A DNA stretch of 32,000 nt from Halomicrobium mukohataei DSM 12286 (lineage in GTDB: Archaea > Halobacteriota > Halobacteria > Halobacteriales > Haloarculaceae). Of the stretch, positions 28,058-32,000 are shown one piece after another. Location: assembly GCF_000023965.1 (NCBI RefSeq), contig NC_013202.1, positions 1,650,001-1,682,000 of the forward strand. Reading direction: 5' to 3'. The position numbers were made by a program, and so were the translations under genes. The notes under the pieces are model-generated. The model had not been told where the DNA came from. It made no database searches and saw nothing but the letters and a program-made list of their open reading frames with translations. The stretch's first letter is position 1, and each line of letters begins with the position of its first letter.

Positions 28058-28200
28058 TGCCCGGGGAGGGCTCCGAACCCTCGATCTCCGCATGACTCAG
28101 GTCGCAGGCGCGACGAACGCCTGCTGTCATGCCGGGTTGGTACCGCGTGAGTCTGACGACCCTATGAGTGCGGCGCTATGTCCAGCTAAGCCACCCGGGC
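28058..28200 (-). tRNA. elongator tRNA-Met (anticodon CAT) with a 69-nt intron at the canonical 37/38 position
   Basis: Minus strand: acceptor GCCCGGG/CCCGGGC plus discriminator A; D arm GCTT..TAGC; anticodon stem CCGCA/TGCGG with loop CTCATA-A; variable AGATC; T arm GAGGG-TTCGGAG-CCCTC. The exons (28200..28163 and 28093..28058) give a 74-nt tRNA. The intron (28162..28094) forms a textbook helix-bulge-helix-bulge-helix: GGUCG/CGACC, bulge UAG, CUCA/UGAG, bulge UCA, then the anticodon stem. G1:C72 argues against an initiator. No encoded CCA. Confidence 0.88.
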
Positions 28201-28231
28201 GCGGTGCATTCGTTCGTTGTCCGGAGGTGCT

Positions 28232-28239
28232 CTTTAACG
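28232..28239 (-). promoter_or_regulatory. TATA-like box of the tRNA-Met gene
   Basis: The minus strand reads CGTTAAAG, 32-39 nt upstream of tRNA position 1. Confidence 0.35.
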
Positions 28240-28302
28240 TTCTCATCTAGTGGCGGTCCGTGACGCTCTGGCACCCGCGGATTTAAGCCACCGGACTGGT
28301 AC

Positions 28303-29310
28303 ATGACCACCATGGAGATACCAGACCTCGTCCGGCAAGCGCTCGGGGACGAGGAGGTCACGGCCGGCGTCAACCTCGGGGACGAAGACGCCGTCTGTTT
28401 CACCCCGACGCGGACGCTCGTCTACAGGGGCGAAGGGTTGCTGAGTGACGAAGGGGTCGGCGAGTACGCCCACGACTTCGAACGCCTCTCGATTTCCGAG
28501 GGTCGCCGGAAGACGAAGTTCACGATGACCTACGTCGACGACAAGGACTCGTTTGCCGTCCCCGGCAAGCGTACCAGCGCGGTCCTCGAACGCCTGCTGG
28601 AGGGGAACCTCCGCGTCAAGGGCGTCATCGCGGACGACGAGGGCGTCAGCGGCGTCTTCCGCTTCAGCGAACTGACGCTGGTCGTCACCGAGTCGCGCCT
28701 GCTCAAACACATCGGCGAGTACACCTGGGCCGGCGACTTCGAGTCGTATCACTACGACGACGTGACGGGGCTGCACTTCGAGGAGGGGAGCGTCGCGACG
28801 GCGGTCGTCCTCGAAGCCGACGGCCGTCCGGAACGCATCAAAGCGCCCAACGATCAGGCCGGGCTGTTCCGCAAGACGCTGGAGGGGTCGCTCTTCGCGT
28901 ACCACGACGTGGACTCGCTCGGCGAACTCAACCACGCTCTCGAAGTCGACGAGACGGACGGCGAGACCGACGACGAGGAGGCGAGCCCCAGCGGGTCGGA
29001 CGGTCTCGGACTCGACTCGGGCATCGATCCGCTGGTCGGCGACGACGAGGACGCGGACCCCTCGGACGAGCGACCGGCCGCGGCCGCCGGACAGCGTCAG
29101 TCGGCCGCCTCGGTCACCTCACAACGTGACGCGACCGGGTCCAGACAGGCGTCTCCGAGCGCCGACGGCACCACGAACGATGCCGACCTCGCGGCCGTCG
29201 AAGAGCAACTCGCGACGCTGACCGAGACGATCGAACAGCAAAACGAACTCCTCGCGAAACAACAGCAGACGATCAAGCAACTGATCAAAGAGCTCCGGCA
29301 GGGCCGCTAG
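28303..29310 (+). CDS. conserved hypothetical protein: globular N-terminal region, acidic disordered linker, C-terminal coiled coil
   Basis: 335 aa. GATTTAAG lies about 24 nt before the ATG at 28303. The N-terminal ~210 aa are acidic and globular. A D/E/S/G-rich linker follows. The C-terminus LAAVEEQLATLTETIEQQNELLAKQQQTIKQLIKELRQ is heptad-like. Confidence 0.7.
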   Translation: MTTMEIPDLVRQALGDEEVTAGVNLGDEDAVCFTPTRTLVYRGEGLLSDEGVGEYAHDFERLSISEGRRKTKFTMTYVDDKDSFAVPGKRTSAVLERLLEGNLRVKGVIADDEGVSGVFRFSELTLVVTESRLLKHIGEYTWAGDFESYHYDDVTGLHFEEGSVATAVVLEADGRPERIKAPNDQAGLFRKTLEGSLFAYHDVDSLGELNHALEVDETDGETDDEEASPSGSDGLGLDSGIDPLVGDDEDADPSDERPAAAAGQRQSAASVTSQRDATGSRQASPSADGTTNDADLAAVEEQLATLTETIEQQNELLAKQQQTIKQLIKELRQGR

Positions 29311-29762
29311 TCGCGCCCGAGCACTTTCCTGATACACGTCGAGCCGAAGGGGCCGAGTTCGTCGCTGTCGAACTGGACGAAGTGGCCCTCGGAGATGCCC
29401 GCGCCACAGCGCTGGCAGTCGAACTCGCCCTCTTTGACGACGACGTCGCTCTCGAAGCTGACGAACGTGCCCGTCGCGGTCGGCCGGACCGTCCCGTCCT
29501 CGCGTTCGACGACACCCTCACGCTGTGCGGCCGTCAGGATCTCGCGCTGGACTGCCGGATCGGTGGTAACGATCTCGATGCGGTCCATCGCGTCCTTGAC
29601 CGACAGCTCGGCGTGTTCGAGGTGGGCGAGCAGTTCCAGACCGAGCGCGACGCGATCGTCGGACGGCACGGTCGGAGCATCGACGGCGACGCTGGTAAAC
29701 GTTCGGCTGCTCCGTCGAGCGCCGCTCCGGTCGCCGGGGAGTCGGACCACAAGAGGTTTCAC
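29307..29762 (-). CDS. small conserved hypothetical protein with Cys-containing C-terminus (possible zinc ribbon); start uncertain
   Basis: Tracked ORF 29307..29906 has an Arg-rich N-terminus that overlaps the divergent membrane-protein gene, so it was trimmed to the GTG at 29762. The GTG at 29669 and the ATG at 29588 are alternatives. The convincing part is RVALGLELLAHLEHAELSVKDAMDRIEIVTTDPAVQREIL...FDCQRCGAGISEGHFVQFDSDELGPFGSTCIRKV. Confidence 0.5.
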   Translation of the reverse strand: MKPLVVRLPGDRSGARRSSRTFTSVAVDAPTVPSDDRVALGLELLAHLEHAELSVKDAMDRIEIVTTDPAVQREILTAAQREGVVEREDGTVRPTATGTFVSFESDVVVKEGEFDCQRCGAGISEGHFVQFDSDELGPFGSTCIRKVLGRD

Positions 29763-29785
29763 ACTGCGAACGCCGTTTTCGACCG

Positions 29786-30448
29786 ATGAAACAGTCGACG
29801 CGACGGCAACTCGGGGGTGTCGTGGCCTTCGCCGCGCTCGTGCTCGTCGCGTCGCTGGTGCTCTCGCCCCGGCAGCTGCTCGACGAGGTCGCACATCTCT
29901 CGGCACATCCCCTCCAGTTCGGCGCGGCGCTGCTCGTGTTGTATCTCGTTCGCCCGCTGTTTGCCTGGCCGATCAGTCCGATCTCCGCGCTCGTGGGCTA
30001 CGTACTGGGCCTCCGGTACGGGATCCCTGTCGCACTGGTCGGAGCGACGCTGACGACGATCCCGCCCTTCCTGTTCGCCCGCTATGCCGGGCGTAGCGGC
30101 GGCGGGCTGTTCGCCCGGCTCAACGACGCGGGCCGGCGGTTCATCTCTGTCACGGGCGCGACCCGCGGCGTTCTCGCGGCACGCCTCTCGCCGCTCCCCG
30201 CGGATCCGGTCTCGTACGGTGCCGGCTTCTCCGGCGTCTCGACGCGGGCCTACGTCGTCGGGACGTTCCTCGGAGAGATCCCGTGGGTGTTCGTGGAGGT
30301 GCTCGCCGGTGCGTCGATGCGGACCCTCTCGACCGAGGGGCTGAGCGCGGGCCTGCACGTGCTGCTTGGCTCGTTCGCGGTGGCTGTCGTGTTGCTGGCG
30401 GGGCCCGCGTACCGTCACGTCCGGTCGGCTCGTCCCTCGCGCAACTAG
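29786..30448 (+). CDS. TVP38/TMEM64 (DedA/SNARE-associated) family membrane protein
   Basis: 220 aa. Several hydrophobic helices are present, and the ARLSPLPADPVSYGAGFSGVS re-entrant-loop-like motif is typical of the family. Confidence 0.75.
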   Translation: MKQSTRRQLGGVVAFAALVLVASLVLSPRQLLDEVAHLSAHPLQFGAALLVLYLVRPLFAWPISPISALVGYVLGLRYGIPVALVGATLTTIPPFLFARYAGRSGGGLFARLNDAGRRFISVTGATRGVLAARLSPLPADPVSYGAGFSGVSTRAYVVGTFLGEIPWVFVEVLAGASMRTLSTEGLSAGLHVLLGSFAVAVVLLAGPAYRHVRSARPSRN

Positions 30449-32000
30449 GTCGTGACCTCGAAGCGCGCACCGCCCGCGTCGCTTCGTCCGACCGTGATCG
30501 ACCAGTCGTGAGCCCTCACGATGGTGTCGACGATCGCCAGTCCGAATCCGGTCCCCTCCTCGCTGGTCGTGAACCCCCGTTCGAAGATCGTCTCACGCTG
30601 GCTCGGCGGAATCCCGTCCCCGTCGTCGACGACGGCGAACCCGTCGTCGGTGTCGACGACGCGGACCGTCTCGGCTCCGCCGTGGGTGATCGCGTTGCAA
30701 AACAGGTTGTCGAACAGTTCCTGGAGTCGGTCGAAGTCGGCCTCGACGCGGCTGTCGGTCTCGGCGACGAGATCCTTCTCGTCGGCGTCGAGTTGCGACC
30801 AGGCCGCCTGGGCGACCACGTCGAGAGCGACCGGTTCGAGGTCGCCGACCCGCCGTCCCTGGCGGGCGAGGGTGAGGAGGTCGCCGATGAGCGCTTCCAT
30901 CCGATGGGCGGCGTCGGCCGCGTCGTCGAGGTGTTCGAGCTCGCCGGTCGCAATAGCGTGGTTGACACGTCCCTGAACGACGTTGAGCGGGCTCCGGAGG
31001 TCGTGGCTGACGACGCTGGCGAACTGTTCGAGCTGTCGCTCCCGCTGTTTGCGCTCGCTGATGTCCCGGATGACTCCGGCGGTCCCTCTGAACCGCCCGT
31101 CGTCGGCCGGCAGCAGGGCGACGTGGTTCTCGCAGGTGATCCGGGTTCCGTCGGCCGTCTGGAGTCCCATCTCGAAGGTCCCGTTCGTCCGATCCGGGTC
31201 GGCGAGCAGTTCGGCGATGAGGTCTTCCCCGGCCGCAACGTCTTCCGGGGTCATCAGCTTCGAGATGTGCTCGCCGATCAGTCGATCGCGGTCGTAGCCC
31301 GAGAGCGCCTCCATCGCGTCGTTGACGACGGTGAACTGCCCTTCGGCGTCGAGCGTGTAGACGGGATCCCCAACCGCCTGCAGGATCGTCTCGTAGCGCT
31401 CTAGCTCTCGTTGGCGTTCGGTCCGCTCGGTGATGTCTCGGATGACGCCGGCCGTTCCCTCGAACTCGCCGTCTTCGTCGGTCATGACGGCGATTTTCGT
31501 CTCGTTGTAGGTCTCCTCGCCGTCGTCGTCGACCGTCCACATCTCGAAGGTCGCCACGTCTCGATCGGTGGTCAACAGCTCGCGGATGCGTTCCTCGGCC
31601 CGTTCGACGCCGTCTCCGACGACGAACTCCTCGGGCGACGCTCCGACGATCTCCGACCGCTCGTAGCCGATGTGGTCGGCCAGCGCGTCGTTGATCATCT
31701 CGATGGTCCCGTCGGGAGCCATCACGTACATCGGGTCCGCGACGCTCTCGGCCAGCGTCTCGTACTGGCGCAGCGTCTGTTCGCGCTCCTTGCGCTCGGA
31801 CACGTCACGGCCCACACCGGCGATGCCGAGGAACTCGCCGGTCGTGTCCGACAGCGCCGTGCCGTGGAACTCGTAGGGAATCGTCTCGCCGGACTTCGTC
31901 TGTACCGTGGCCTCGTATCGCGACGAGCCGCTCTCGATCGCACGCTCGATGGCAGCTTCGACCGTGGGAACGTCCTCGGGAGCGATGAACTCCAGTGCAG
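30445..32000 (-). CDS. multi-PAS sensor histidine kinase, C-terminal part (gene runs off the right edge)
   Basis: The tracked start 'MGRDV' at 31815 is an internal GTG. The frame stays open to base 32000 (...LEFIAPEDVPTVEAAIERAIESGSSRYEATVQTKSGETIPYEFHGTALSDTTGEFLGIAGVGRDVSERKERE...). At least three PAS repeats each end in RDI(T/S)ERK. H-box FASVVSHDLRSPLN. ATPase motifs DDGDGIP and GTGFGLAIV. Confidence 0.88.
   Translation of the reverse strand, partial: ALEFIAPEDVPTVEAAIERAIESGSSRYEATVQTKSGETIPYEFHGTALSDTTGEFLGIAGVGRDVSERKEREQTLRQYETLAESVADPMYVMAPDGTIEMINDALADHIGYERSEIVGASPEEFVVGDGVERAEERIRELLTTDRDVATFEMWTVDDDGEETYNETKIAVMTDEDGEFEGTAGVIRDITERTERQRELERYETILQAVGDPVYTLDAEGQFTVVNDAMEALSGYDRDRLIGEHISKLMTPEDVAAGEDLIAELLADPDRTNGTFEMGLQTADGTRITCENHVALLPADDGRFRGTAGVIRDISERKQRERQLEQFASVVSHDLRSPLNVVQGRVNHAIATGELEHLDDAADAAHRMEALIGDLLTLARQGRRVGDLEPVALDVVAQAAWSQLDADEKDLVAETDSRVEADFDRLQELFDNLFCNAITHGGAETVRVVDTDDGFAVVDDGDGIPPSQRETIFERGFTTSEEGTGFGLAIVDTIVRAHDWSITVGRSDAGGARFEVTT

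Noticed and set aside
28094-28162. Box C/D guide RNA inside the tRNA-Met intron (by analogy with the haloarchaeal tRNA-Trp intron)
   Set aside because: A CUGA and an AUGACA are present, but there is no RUGAUGA C box and no properly spaced C'/D' pair. The CUGA is simply part of the BHB helix.

Overview
This is a GC-rich segment (about two-thirds G+C by eye, with third codon positions almost all G/C). The confidently called proteins are strongly acidic. Several features point to a main-chromosome region of a haloarchaeon (class Halobacteria): a HalX-type response regulator, a bacterial-type HMG-CoA synthase, a soluble Htr-like transducer, Tat/lipobox lipoproteins, and mostly leaderless genes with a TATA-like box 25-30 nt before the ATG. 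I call about 30 protein genes, largely housekeeping: adk, hmgB, RNase HI, malic enzyme, heme A synthase and the RFC large subunit. Others are envelope or signalling genes: a pilin-signal surface glycoprotein, a PQQ-like propeller, a Dyp-like/CRTAC1 pair, two orphan LivJ-type binding lipoproteins, a PAS transducer and a multi-PAS histidine kinase. There is also one intron-containing elongator tRNA-Met(CAU). I saw no rRNA, CRISPR array, transposase, integrase or recognisable defence gene, and I could not identify a multi-gene novel system. The many long ORFs antisense to real genes are high-GC artefacts. The unusual content is non-coding. (1) Three related ~85-bp long palindromes bounded by TGATAC...GTATGA all sit between convergent genes, and their stems carry compensatory changes. 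(2) Small hairpins share a conserved loop, GAACG-N(1-3)-AGTGA, on unrelated stems. They cluster in two short inserts, each flanked by a direct duplication of the upstream gene's 3' end: 37 bp of hmgB and 18 bp of tRNA-Met. (3) Two diverged paralogous binding-protein genes lie in inverted orientation 10 kb apart and share a precisely spaced promoter/operator block. An uncharacterised protein with a PD-(D/E)XK-like motif is also flagged. All family names come from reading the translations and from memory. No searches were run.
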